This document shows positions 1 through 12,474 of a stretch of 35,166 nucleotides of DNA, piece by piece. Source of the DNA: Neoechinorhynchus agilis. Its lineage: Eukaryota > Animalia > Acanthocephala. Below the pieces are notes generated by a model that ran no database searches, was not told the origin of the DNA, and saw only the letters and a list, made by a program, of their open reading frames with translations. The position numbers and the translations under genes are program-made. The DNA lies in the NCBI GenBank assembly GCA_051530055.1, contig JBMGUZ010000023.1:1-35166 (forward strand), read 5' to 3'. Each line of letters opens with the position of its first letter. Within the stretch, counting starts at the first letter, position 1.

Positions 1-876
1 ATTCTCAACTTTCGGACGAATTGACGTCATTGAAACCATATCGATTATATAACGTTATGTTTTTTGATGTTTTGTGCGTGCGCGATATATATTAAAAAAA
101 CCTAGATATTCATGTAACCTCAAAAACGTTCCTTTTTCGATCCCTACGTTGTCTGGGATAAGCGTGATCATCATACCCACGCCTTTGCCGCATGTGTCAA
201 TTCTCTTATCTCGCAAAACCGCTCTACCATCTTTGGCCCGACCCCTCGATTGCAATGGGCTCTTTGTTAAATCTAATAGAATTTGCGATGAAGGCCTCCA
301 TGGTTCTCGCCTCTTCTATGAAGAAGCCTTCCAAGTTAATGAATTAGACTACCATTCTGGTACAATTGAGACGGATTCTTTTCAGTCGGAGAGGTTGATA
401 GATCCGACAAAATCAGGCATAGGCGATCAACTGTTATATGATAGAATGTGGTTTTGGAGAAAATTCTCAACTTTCGGACGAATTGACGTCATTGAAACCA
501 TATCGATTATATAACGTTATGTGTTTTGATGTGTTGTTCGTGCGCGATATATATTAAAAAACCTAGATATTCATGTAACCTCAAAAACGTTCCTTTTTCG
601 ATCCCTACGTTGTCTGGGATAAGCGTGATCATCATACCCACGCCTTTGCCGCATGTGTCAATTCTCTTATCGCGCAAAACCGCTCTACCATCTTTGGCCC
701 GACCCCTCGATTGCAATGGGCTCTTTGTTAAATCTAATAGAATTTGCGATGAAGGCCTCCATGGTTCTCGCCTCTTCTATGAAGAAGCCTTCCAAGTTAA
801 TTAATTAGGCTACCATTCTGGTACAATTGAGAAGGATTCTTTTCAGTCGGAGAGGTTGATAGATCCGACAAAATCA
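1..876. repeat. Direct tandem duplication, period ~462 bp, ~1.9 copies, cut by window start
   Basis: attctcaactttcggacg occurs at 1 and 463. The copies stay near-identical until gatccgacaaaatca at ~876. The ORFs over it (74-514, 526-804) have no family I recognise. Confidence 0.95.
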
Positions 877-1170
877 ATAATAAAAAGCTTAAATGAACAT
901 TTTAAGCTCCAAGAGTTAGTTTTTGCTATTGAAGTTAAAAAATATTTTTGACGCAGACTCATATAATTCACAGTGTAATTTATATTCATTACAAGGTAAC
1001 AGAGGAAAAAGCAAAATAAAATGCGAAATGTAGTATGAACCGATTGTTTTAAAGTTGCAGTCTTTTGAAGACGAATAATTACTTGGGAACCGTAATTATC
1101 AGAAAATGCAACTTGCTAAAGTTTGGGATTTGTAATCTCAGCTAATAATTAAACTGTTGCAGCTGATTGA

Positions 1171-1344
1171 AGAATAGTAGTTGAGCGCCGATGTTCAATT
1201 GTACGATTTTATTTTGATGGAAAACGATGCGGGCAATTTTTTTATGAGGAATTTAAAGGGAACAGCAACAATTTTATAACCAAGAAGGAATGTAAGCTTA
1301 ATTGTCACTTGGGATTTATGAAGGGCGGTTATGACTTTTCATAA
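1171..1344 (+). CDS. Kunitz/BPTI-like domain, probable last exon (too short for the ORF track); upstream exons unresolved
   Basis: Frame reads RIVVERRCSIVRFYFDGKRCGQFFYEEFKGNSNNFITKKECKLNCHLGFMKGGYDFS*. This matches the Kunitz pattern R-F-Y-F...C..F.Y...GN.NNF.T..EC...C. An in-frame TGA at 1168-1170 means a splice acceptor or a lesion is needed upstream. Confidence 0.65.
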   Translation, partial: RIVVERRCSIVRFYFDGKRCGQFFYEEFKGNSNNFITKKECKLNCHLGFMKGGYDFS

Positions 1345-1429
1345 AGGAGCTTTATTAATATTCTTGCTGTTTCCGATTTTACGAAGAAATCGAGAAATGG
1401 GCAATGGTTATGAAGAACGTGAGAAAAAA

Positions 1430-2003
1430 TCACCAGCGTCCGCAAAATCTTAGCTTCTCTCCTCCCTCGGCTATTGCTACAACGCTAGCAGGATTGCCTC
1501 GTTGTACAGCGAGCGAGATATTTTGTCGCAGGAATACAACTGCTCGTGCGTCGCCGGTCGTTTCTCTCAATATCTTCGAGAGATCCTGGAGCAGAGTGAG
1601 TGCCGAGCTGTCAAGCGCTCCATACGTCTCTACACCAAAGGGGACAAAATAGTGGGCCCTTACTGAATCCCTATATTTTCGTACCTTCCTCGCTTCTGCT
1701 GCACTGGCTGCACCTCCATCGATTTCGAGAGAATAGGGAATGTTGCTTACTGCGAGGGACGTAGCGTCCCAAAGAAGGCACCTGCCTTCCCGCCACGAAA
1801 AGACCGAAATTCCGTCAGGTCGACGACGGTCTAGTCGACAAAGATGGACGGGTTCCAAGATGTTGGGGAAGTTCGCCGTTCTCAACGTCGGAGAAATTAC
1901 GCTATTGATCCCAGAATGGCATGAAAACCTTCATCCTGACTTTCGGCAAACGAGACCGTGCCGCCGGAAAGCATCAACCAAAGACCCATATTGACAGCGA
2001 CGG
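1430..2003 (-). mobile_element. 3' fragment of a CRE-clade-like non-LTR retrotransposon (zinc knuckle + restriction-like endonuclease), no RT, decayed
   Basis: RC.YGSLVDAFRRHGLVCRKSG*RFSCH followed by ...RRPDGISVFSWREGRCLLWDAT...YFVPFGVETYG...LRQNISLAVQRGN, the typical RLE C-terminus. One in-frame stop. Clearly homologous to 23425-24158. Confidence 0.85.
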
Positions 2004-2155
2004 GGCCATCGCGCCCGTTCGATCGATAACGGGCGAACAGGTGTGTGTGTCGTCATTTCAGATCTACCATTCTTTCGTGTTTACTCTCATTTGTACGCTC
2101 GCTGCTTTACTTGAAGTGTGCGGACGCGAGCCAATAAAAGTTACTTTTGTCTTCC

Positions 2156-2612
2156 TCACAAAACAAGAATCGATGGCGAGTCAGGTTGTAACCACTGGTG
2201 GCGGCGGTGGGATGCTCGACAAAATAATTCTTGTCGTTTCTGGCTAAGCTTCTTCAATAAATTAACGCGCTCTTCTTTGAGGCCACAAAGATCTTTTCCC
2301 ATTTCTTGGAGATCATCAACAAAACATGCAACTTTATTTTCATGAATCTTTATAAGATTTAAAACGGGACTTATTAAATTTTTCGATAAGTTGGTTTTTA
2401 TTTGATTTGTCTTCAAAAGATGACATTAATTTCTCTTCTACTTCGGAATAAATCTCTTTCGTTATTTTGTTCCTCTCCTCAAATTCCTTCAGTTTCTTTT
2501 CTAGTGCCTTAAATCGCTCGTCTATTTTCGTCCTATCGTCATTATCCACTCGCTTCTCAAATCGATTCGGGAATCTTGGTGATGTTCTGTGGAAGTCGTT
2601 CTCAGTCAGCAT
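2156..2612 (-). CDS. Coiled-coil protein of unknown family, two overlapping frames (frameshift or pseudogene)
   Basis: ORFs 2340-2612 and 2156-2416 overlap and are K/E/L-rich. The ATG is preceded by ttttag with a GT 41-46 nt upstream, so an upstream exon is possible. Confidence 0.4.
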
Positions 2613-4063
2613 CTAAAATTAAAATGACAAATTTTGTGATCTATAATTTTTACAACACGTTTCTTTGATGGAATAGAAGAAGTTCGTGACTTTAAGACAG
2701 CAATGAAATTATTATTTCAACATTGCAGTGGCACGTTTCACATTTCTATATGAATTTGGCAGCAATCGAAAAAAAATTGACCTTAAAAATCAATTTAGTT
2801 TGTCGAACAAGTCATTTTTGTTGTCCAATTTTTTGTCGTTCAATTTTACCGGAAATTGTTTCTAAAAATAGAAATAACTCTAATTTAGGCGGATTTCTTG
2901 TAATATTCAAAAATTCGAAGCCTGGAGTTGCTTTAAATAACTTTTGTACTATTTTCGAGTTTTAATTTAGTTTTTTTCGTCTAACCTGCTCATTTCGATA
3001 AAAAAATTATTTTGAACCAGCGATATTCGAGCAGTAGGAATTATTCAAAAGGCTTTTGAGATGATGCTCAATTTTTTATAATGCTTAGAGAAAATAACAA
3101 TAACAGTTAAATCGGAGGTACAAAAATTTTTATTCCGTAGGTTAGAATTTCTCTTTAGGACTGAATTTTCTCTGCTTCCTTTCAAACCTTTATTCCGCTA
3201 AGATCTTCATTGGATTTTGTGGAATATTCTTTTGGTCTGAATCACGAATTATTGGGCGAAAGTCTAGCGTAAAAAATCGAACAGAAATTGAACAATTTAA
3301 ATGAGGAGTCTTTTAAAAAAGATGAAATATTCCATCAGCAACTATTGAGGAGAGAAAAATTGATTAAACAATTACATTTTTCTATCTAACGTTTTTAATG
3401 ATCTATGCCTTAAACATAAATATGTTTTCGATAATTATTTTTTGTCTCAACTTCAATTTAATTGTTTATTTCGCTCAAAAAAGTAGCAATATCAAGATTA
3501 TCACTAAATTGTATTACTTCTCATCATTTTTTATTCCATTAGATCGTCTCCTTTTATTACTTTACTTCATGTTCACACGAAAACTGTAAAATTTTCGACA
3601 AAAGTCGATGACATACGAAATATTCAAAAACCTTGGTAAAGACAGGAGCGAAATTACCATTTCGATATGTTCTTGATTAGTGCATTTATTCAAGATCGAA
3701 GATACAACGAAATTTTTTTGATTTGTTTAAGCAAAACAATCTTATTTGTTAATAACGCATAAATATTAAAGCAGTGAGTTCTAAACATTTGGAATGGACA
3801 TAATGAAAGCCATTAATTTTTTTATTTACCGTTCCAATGGACGTTCGCCTTCAACGATTAAAATGCTACTAAAACCCGCTGATCAATAAACAGGCACTCA
3901 ATAGTCATTTTATTCACAAGAATTTATTTTCCTTGGCAGTCTTAAAAATGAGGATTCAATTTTCCTGCGTTATTCTTTTTCTCGAAGTCAAAAGTAATTT
4001 CGTTCAAATTATTTCAAATTTATTCGGTCAATTTCAAACCTATTTATTAATTCTCTACATTCA

Positions 4064-4755
4064 ATGTCTACGGAGCCTTCCTTTTCCTGTCGACTTCCTC
4101 GTCCACAGGAGCCGATCTTTTCCGCGGTTTTGTGTGACCAAAAGAATATTAAACTGCCGCATTCGATTATATTAGAAGGCACTTCGGTTTCCGCCAATGA
4201 GAGAAACGGAGAACCATAAATAGCATCGTGCATTGGGCATTATTCTGAACAGCAAGCGCGGAGTGTTATGGAAAAACTGCGCTTTTGCTCTAAACGAAGA
4301 AATTTTTGTTTTTAAAAGTCCCGATTTTTGTAGCGAAGAGCATGTAAGAAATTTAAACCATCTTGGATAAAATGGAAGCTCAATCGGTATTTGTTTTAGA
4401 GTAATCTTTGAAATGGTTTTAAGTTTATGAGTGCTGTGAACTCGAGTTGTAGGCAAAAAATCTGTTCTTGATTCGTTACAAAATCAGTAATAAAAATTTG
4501 AATAATAATCGAAATGCCGCAGCGCTCAGAGATATCCGAGAAGGGCCATCCGAAGAAGTTGTTGATAAAGAGCAAGGATTTTATGAACAATGTTACAATG
4601 TTTTTCACAAAAAGGCGTTCCCATTCTATGAAACAATCGACTATATGCGGGATTTTTGCAATATAATTGGAATTCAAGCCAGAAAAACTTTCCTGATTTC
4701 AAGGAAACACTCGACGAATTGTTGCGGCGAAAGTGTGATTGTTAATGCGATTTAG
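4064..4755 (+). pseudogene. Coding-like sequence of unknown family, interrupted by stops or unresolved introns
   Basis: ATG 4064 reads MSTEPSFSCRLPRPQEPIF...GEP* and continues in a protein-like frame. ORF 4468-4755 follows. No recognisable motif. Confidence 0.25.
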
Positions 4756-5539
4756 AAACAATTGAAACGGGGAAAACAAGGGAGCAAACTTATATGAGCT
4801 TTTATATTTACATTCAAGCGATAGGAAGACCAAATCTGTGTTTATAAGTAAAAATTAGATGTTTCAAAGAATCTAAAAATAAATGTATAAGCATTTTGTA
4901 TCGAAAATAGACAAGTCTTGATTTTCAGAGGCTACGAGGTTAAGAAAAAATTAACTGGACGGAACATGGATTTGTAACGAACAAATTTAAACAAAGCATT
5001 GCAATCGCTTTAATCGGTGTCGCCGAAACGTGATTTCTGTCTGGTGCTCTGAATGTTAAAGTGAAGAAACTCATTGAGGCGCAAGGAAACGACGGACGTA
5101 ATTATGAATTTCTCAGCAGCTTTGCGATATGGTCATGCTCTCCCTAAAAATTCCTTTCTGTGATGGGACCCTTCAATCAAATCCTCAACGAGAGAATAAG
5201 CGAAATTTTCAAAATGCTTGGTTTGTACTTTTGGTAAAATTCAACGTTTTTAAATGTTCATACAAATTTCATCGTCGCACTTTAATTTTTTAATCATTTT
5301 AAAGATTTCAAACTCTCTGAAATAATCTGCCTGTTGATTATCAAGAACATAATAATCGAAATTATAGCAGCGATTTTATATTTATGAGGCGCTAAAACGG
5401 AATAAAAACATGTAATTAAAGCCAGAATTCGATAATCCAACTTTAACGTAAGACTCAAAACTGTGTAATAATTTTATTTACAGAAAACACAGAAACTCTT
5501 GCAGCGTTTTAAGCAGCATTAAAAATCGAACAAACTCGC

Positions 5540-6711
5540 CTAGTTGTTCAGTTGCGAGTCGTCCATTGTATTGGCGTCTTCGCCATTTTGTTCATTCGTT
5601 GTATCCACTGATTCTTCGTTTGATTTTTCAAAGACCAACAAATGCGATAAAGATTTTTCCAATGGTTTCAATCCATACGACTTTTTAATCGATAGCTTCA
5701 CCACAAATGATTGTCGCGAAACGTCGTAGCCAATAATCTTTGCGATTAGTCGTTCCTTTTGTGCGAATCGAGTGTCCATTTGCCGAAACCGATACTCTAA
5801 CGGTCCTTGAGCCATTTCTTTAGTTGAACATCCATCCAAATGACACTTAAAAATCGTCTTTCGAATAGCGAGTATCGATGGGGAAGCAACGTAGCACATT
5901 AATTTAGAAACAAACCGTATCTTTCCGGAATCTACTTCTTCGACAAGAAATCTATGACCCTGGTCCTCCAGGATCTTTACTCTTTTGAATGATTTATCGG
6001 AATCTTTGACGAGACAATAATGGCCAGGATAAAGTTCTCTCGATACCTCCTCAGCATGACGTCCATTTAAATTAATCAATTCTCGATTCAGATAAGTTCG
6101 CCATTCCTGGACCATTGGGTTATAAAAATATTTTCAATGTTGCAGAAGTGCACCAGCTTATAAATAATTTCGATATTAATCAAATATTTGCCGTCCTCGT
6201 CCTTTCTTATAAAATCACAAAAGACAGTCCCTTCAAATGCTGCCTCAGGAACTTGTGAGTGGTTTTGATTTGCAAGTACGGAATTGCCATCTTGGTTTTC
6301 CAATTTCAGTTTACATGGAAGGGCCAGCCTTGGAATGGAGTTGAAGATTCTTTTAACCGGTCGTAGATTTACTAATGGAAGCCACTCTTGGTGACCGTAA
6401 TCAATGTAAAAGACTTTGAATGAAGATGTCAGAATATTCACTTCTGTAATTTGACCTCGGTACCACTTTCCGTCCACAAGGGACTTGCCAATACATTTGG
6501 AATTAAGACCATACACAAGAAATTGATTGAAACGAAGAGATTCATAAACATTTCGTAGACCGATCTCAAGATCCAATCGATTTTTGAAGATTAAATTTGG
6601 TAGAAGGTAAATATTTTGAGTATTATCCATGTAACTGACTTGACAATAGACTGAATCTTGTAGAGAAACTATAAACTGCGGGTAATCCGCTGGAGGTACA
6701 AAAGTGCTCAT
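5540..6711 (-). CDS. Two-domain extended-Tudor (TDRD-like) protein, copy A, with a net -1 frameshift near 6113
   Basis: DGKWYRGQI...KVFYIDYGHQE...IPRLALPCKL is an extended Tudor signature, and a second degenerate Tudor follows. CAATGGTCCAG here versus CAATTTGTCCAG in copy B splits it into ORFs 6088-6711 and 5540-6115. Confidence 0.85.
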
Positions 6712-6851
6712 TATTGATGATTTTCTGTAAGAATAATTTTAGTCAAGAAGCCGATCTAACTGTATACTTTCAAAGATAGAAGCAATATAAAGCTTTTGAG
6801 TGAAAAGAATTAGGGGGGTACTCTATCTTGCTAAGCGTTATAAAATTTCAG

Positions 6852-6859
6852 CCAATCAG
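6852..6859. promoter_or_regulatory. CCAAT box (CCAATCAG) upstream of the Tudor gene; same element at 9184-9191 in copy B
   Basis: Exact CCAATCAG ~140 nt upstream of the ATG. The same 8-mer lies upstream of Six (29985-29992, reverse) and of the dynein gene (32763, 33102). NF-Y role is inferred. Confidence 0.5.
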
Positions 6860-7869
6860 CGTGTGCATAACAGCGGGGCACCGGTATAAAATAGGAAATA
6901 AACCCTAAAAATAATTAATCATCACGTGCCGCTTTTTTTAACCGTGTAATGGACGCTTTATCTTTGAATTTAATTATATATTTTGTTTGAATTACTAATT
7001 TGTTTTACACCCTTTGGATTTTTATATCATCACCAGGTTGTTATTTTAAGCGATTTCTGTAGAAGTTATTTAAATTATCATTTTATTTAATTATTTGCTC
7101 AAATGGTGCATATAAATTGCTTTCTTTATTTTTAAGGGTAAGTATCAATTTCAATAGTGAGAATAAATGGCATGAGACTCTTATCTTAAATGTGTGATTT
7201 TGTTTCTCATTTTTAAAACGGTCTCCAGCTGTGAATTGCATGCTGATTGGCTTAATTTTCAATATGGCAAGCAATAATCCTCAAAAAAAATTAACTGGAC
7301 GAAACATGGATTTGTAACGAACAAATTTAAAAGCATTGCGATAGCTTTAATCGGTGTCGCCGAAACGTGATTTCTGTCTGGTGCTCTGAAGTGAAGAAAC
7401 TCATTGAGGCGCAAGGAAACGACGGACGTAATTATGAATTTCTCAGCAGCTTTGCGATATGGTCCTGCTCTCCCTAAAAATTCCTTTCTGTGATGGGACC
7501 CTTCAATCAAATCCTCAACGAGAGAATAAGCGAAATTTTCAAAATGCTTGGTTTGTGCTTTTGGTAAAATTCAACGTTTTTAAATGTTCATACAAGTTTC
7601 ATCGTCGCTCTCTAATTTTTTAATCATTTTAAAGATTTCAAACTCTCTGAAATAATCTGCCTGTTGATTATCAAGAACATAATAATCGAAATTATAGCAG
7701 CGATTTTATATTTATGAGGCGCTAAAACGGAATAAAAACATGTAATTAAAGCCAGAATTCGATAATCCAACTTTAACGTAAGACTCAAAACTGTGTAATA
7801 ATTTTATTTACAGAAAACACAGAAACTCTTGCAGCGTTTTAAGCAGCATTAAAACTCGAACAAACTCGC

Positions 7870-9043
7870 CTAGTTGTTCAGTTGCGAGTCGTCCATTGTA
7901 TTGGCGTCTTCGCCATTTTGTTCATTCGTTGTATCCACTGATTCTTCGTTTGATTTTTCAAAGACCAACAAATGCGATAAAGATTTTTCCAATGGTTTCA
8001 ATCCATACGACTTTTTAATCGATAGCTTCACCACAAATGATTGTCGCGAAACGTCGTAGCCAATAATCTATGGCGATTAGTCGTTCCTTTTGTGCGAATC
8101 GAGTGTCCATTTGCCGAAACCGATACTCTAACGGTCCTTGAGCCATTTCTTTAGTTGAACACCCATCCAAATGACACTTAAAAATCGTCTTTCGAATAGC
8201 GAGTATCGATGGAGAAGCAACGTAGCATATTAATTTAGAAACAAACCGTATCTTTCCGGAATCTACTTCTTCGACAAGAAATCTATGACCCTGGTCCTCC
8301 AGGATCTTTACTCTTTTGAATGATTTATCGGAATCTTTGACGAGACAATAATGGCCAGGATAAAGTTCTCTCGATACCTCCTCAGCGTGACGTCCATTTG
8401 AATTAATTAATTCTCGATTCAGATAAGTTCGCCATTCCTGGACAAATTGGGTTATAAAAATATTTTCAATGTTGCAGAAGTGAACCAGCTTATAAATAAT
8501 TTCGATATTAATCAAATATTTGCCGTCCTCGTCCTTTCTCATAAAATCACAAAAGACATTCCCTTCAAACGCTGCCTCGGGAACTTGTGAGTAGTTTTGA
8601 TTTGCAAGTACGGAATTGCCATCTTGGTTTTCCAATTTCAATTTACATGGAAGGGCCAGCCTTGGAATGGAGTTGAAGATTCTTTTAACCGGTCGTAGAT
8701 TTACCAATGGAAGCCACTCTTGGTGACCGTAATCAATGTAAAAGACTTTGAATGAAGATGTCAGAATATTCACTTCTGTAATTTGACCCCGGTACCACTG
8801 TCCGTCCACAAGGGACTTGCCAATACATTTGGAATTAAGACCATACACAAGAAATTGATTGAAACGAAGAGATTCATAAACATTTCGTAGACCGATCTCA
8901 AGATCCAATCGATTTTTGAAGATTAAATTTGGTAGAAGGTAAATATTTTGAGTATTATCCATGTAACTGACTTGACAATAGACTGAATCTTGTAGAGAAA
9001 CTATAAACTGCGGGTAATCCGCTGGAGGTACAAAAGTGCTCAT
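7870..9043 (-). CDS. Two-domain extended-Tudor (TDRD-like) protein, copy B, with a +1 frameshift near 8072
   Basis: 342-aa ORF 8015-9043 covers both Tudor domains. GCCATAGATT versus GCAAAGATT in copy A shifts the C-terminus. The corrected CDS is 1173 nt (390 aa), ending at TAG 7870-7872. Confidence 0.87.
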
Positions 9044-10094
9044 TATTGATGATTTTCTGTAGGAATAATTTTAGTCAAGAAGCCGATCTAACTGTATACT
9101 TTCAAAGATAGAAGCAATATAAAGCTTTTGAGTGAAAAGAATAAAGGGGATACTTTATCTTGCTAAGCGTTATAAAATTTCAGCCAATCAGCGTGTGCAT
9201 TGCAGCGGAGCACAGGTGTAAAATAGGAAATAAACCCTAAAGATAATTAATCATCACGTGCCGCTTTTTTTAACAGTGTAATGGACGCTTTATCTTTGAA
9301 TTTAATTATATATTTTGTTTGAATTGCTAATTTGTTTTACACCCTTTGGATTTTTATATCATCACCAGGTTGTTATTTTAAGCGATTTCTGTAGAAGTTA
9401 TTTAAATTATCATTTTATTTAATTATTTGCTAAAATGGTGCGTATAAATTGCTTTCTTTATTTTTAAGGGTAAGTATCAATTTCAATAGTGAGAATAAAT
9501 GGCATGAGACTCTTATCTTAAATGTGTGATTTTGTTTCTCATTCTTAAAACGGCATCCAGCTGTGAATTGCATGCTGATTGGCTTAATTTTCAATATGGC
9601 ATGCAATAATCCTCAAAAAAAAATTAACTGGACGAAACATGGATTTGTAACGAACAAATTTAAAAGAAGCATTGCGATAGCTTTAATCGGTGTCGCCGAA
9701 ACGTGATTTCTGTCTGGTGCTCTGAATGTTAAAGTGAAGAAACTCATTGAACGTTAGGAAACGATGCTGCTCCGAGACTTAGACTTTCGAGGAAGATAAA
9801 AGAAGTCTCGCTAAATTACGACACTTCAAACTCACGAAAAAATAGAGAAACTCAACGTCGCAATGTACGAAATAAAGAGAAGACTTTATATAAATGATTA
9901 TTACGTTTGATGAAGTTCAAATCAAAGTGATTTTGGAAACATTTTAACGCTGAAAAACTTTGTGAGTGGATTTCGATGTTTTCGCCGCAACAAAACTAAA
10001 AAAGTGACTAACAGCTTTAAGCCGAAGACAGCGATTAAGTTCGTTACAAATCGCGCAAGTTGATGGCCATAACATCCAATAAACACTGTGAGCT

Positions 10095-12222
10095 TTAGTA
10101 TTTATTTCGCAAAACCGCCGGTACGGTGAGTTCTTCGCCCGCTAACAAATCTTGAACGGTGAAAAGAGCCAATGTTTGCCTTTCCGTTCCATTAGATTTA
10201 AAGTGAACCTTCTGAACGAACAAATTGGGATTGCTCTGAGAGCGATGAAAAATATGAGACACGTTGGTGATCGACGCTACGTTTCCATTTCTCTCCTTAT
10301 CGCTGTCCAGTTGACAAACAAAATAACCCTTTGGAAGATCGTGGTTCACACGGACACCCAATCTTTTAGTTCTATGAACAAATACCTCCAAATAAGCTCG
10401 AATTCCTTGGCTGACCAATGTGTTTGGACAGTGCCCTGGACATTTACACGCATCGCCACATTCTTGAACTCCTCGTGGAATTCCACCTTCGGGCAATCTC
10501 AAATATTCGTAAGTATTTTGCTTCGAAGTCAGTGTGTTTTCTAAACTAAAATGCTCGCAAACCGGAGAAATGTAATGTAAATGAAGCATACGAAAAACTC
10601 GAATATGGATCTGTGAATTTAAGATTTAAATAATCAATCTTTACGATTGCTTTACGTAGATCCTTTTTTAGTTTAGGTAAAATATCTTAGATTCTACGAT
10701 AAAAAAACGAATTTCATTCTTAAATAGATCTGTAAATTTTCTGAAGGTATCAATTATTGCATTTTAGTATCCGGCAATTCTTCAAAATTAACGTAGAATT
10801 CAATGGGAAGTTTAATCCATGGTGCGAATTGCATTTGTTTAGACTAAACGCCACTCTTTTAAACTCGCCTAACGCCAACATTTGAGAGCATTTCTAGGTA
10901 TCAAATTTGGCGAAACTTGCGAGGATCCTGGTAGACGATAGAAAACATTCACATCAAAATGACAACGATGCTCATTGCAGAGTGGAATTTCTTTTCTTTC
11001 CAGACCATTCGAAATATCTTTATCCACGACATTTTTCCCGCTTCCAGCGTACTCATAATCGATGTCCACATTTTCTTGGAAAGTAAATAAATCGATCGAT
11101 AAATGTGACCTTGTCGTTTCCAACTGTTCGAAAACTTGACGGATTTTGTAGAATGATCGAAAACAAGGCGATACGTAGACAACTTTTTTGGTCGTCCCGG
11201 TTCGATTTATCATGCGTTTCCAACCGTAGATTAAAAGGAATGTGAAACGGATTGAATGGTCGTCTGTCGTTCAATAGATCAATAACACCAGGTCGTCCGT
11301 CCGTATAGATCAAATCAATCAATGGAGCGCATTTAAAGGAGCAGATATGGTCGTTTGATTTTATTCTTGCTTCCGGAAACATCATTCTATGCCGGGCGCC
11401 TAATCGTTTCAATGTATCAACATAATCAAATCTCACTCTGGATGAAGAAAGCTCTGATCGATGCCTCGGTTTCGGCAACAAATTCTCGTTTGTTGGTTTA
11501 CAAGGATCGTCCATAATGCAAACACAGTCAGTAGAAGTTTCGCTTTCATTCAAACTTTGTTGGTCGGAAAGCGGAAACATAATTTCTTCTTTTTTGCTTT
11601 TGAATAATGATTGAATCATTCGTATTCTATGGGAACCACGAAACACCCAAACCGGAGTTTCATTCTCAACACTAACCAGCATCATTGATCCATCAACTTC
11701 ATTCACAATGGCATTTCTCCATTGATCCGATTGCTCAGCCATGAATTCTAATTTAGAACCAATTGTAACTGCGATCAGTAGACGATTTTGAGTGAAATAC
11801 AGACTAAGGAATATCTCGAATTCATCAGGTAGGCGCGATAAGTGAACCGGAATTCTCATTTTTCCACAGCACGTCCTAATTTGGGAGACGTGGACGTATT
11901 TGGCGAATCCATTAAGGAAAAAAACCAAATATCGATAACTATTCAGGGCGTTTGGGAGTTCCGCAATAACTGCATCGCCCATTTCATTGTATTCATCCGT
12001 TTGAACAACACAGCGAGTCTCATGACTGTGCTGTGGCCATGATTCGTCAGTTGGAACGTTTATCTGATCAACTGCAACAAGAACATTACTTACCCGAATA
12101 TCACAATGCTTCTTGTAATTTGGAAGGATACTCAAGACCTCTGACCCCTTGAAAGTGCACTTAAAGTCCACGTCGTAATCCGTCATTATCATCGGATCAA
12201 ATGGTCGCTTAGATGACATCAT
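10095..12222 (-). CDS. SETDB1: SETDB1/eggless-like protein (Tudor domains, MBD, partial pre-SET, degenerate SET)
   Basis: AELPNALNSYRYLVFFLNGFAKYV and EVDGSMM...WVFRGSHRI match the SETDB1 Tudor region. GWKRM..VYVSPC..IDLFTF is an MBD. DISNGLE is the pre-SET start. ECGDACKC..CPNTLVSQG..LEVF..GVR..DLPKGYFVC..PNLFVQ..LAGEELT is a SET domain. One extra T in run 11233-11236 breaks PLIYGW. Structure at 10610-10870 is unresolved. Confidence 0.9.
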
Positions 12223-12474
12223 CTATAAAATATGAGATGAAGGGTTTTTTAAGCGTTGGTGGTTAATAAGTGGCTATCTTATTCTTGGACTCTTATTCTT
12301 TTGATTTTTTTGATAATTTCTGCAAATTGCATTCTAAGAAAAACAACCAATAAAAAGCGATCTCACAGAAACCAAAACCACGTCGCATTTACAAATAATT
12401 TTTCGTTAAACAAAAAATTGTTAATAAAATCCAAGTTCTGCTTGATTAGTTAAATTCACTTTGCAGCGGCCACC

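Larger units (their letters stand above)
4945..9750. repeat. Tandem segmental duplication, period ~2.34 kb, 2 full copies plus ~130 bp of a third
   Basis: ttaactggac anchor at 4951, 7291 and 9624. High identity with scattered substitutions and small indels. Each full unit contains the Tudor gene and its upstream region. Confidence 0.97.

Noticed and set aside
7259-7510. Small minus-strand ORF in the duplicated unit as a gene
   Set aside because: Non-ATG start, broken by a stop in the other copy, no recognisable domain.
11233-11236. Programmed ribosomal frameshifting in the SETDB1-like gene and others
   Set aside because: A single extra T in a homopolymer converts PLIYGW to PFNLRL. There is no shared slippery or stop motif among the frameshifts, so sequencing error or mutation is simpler.
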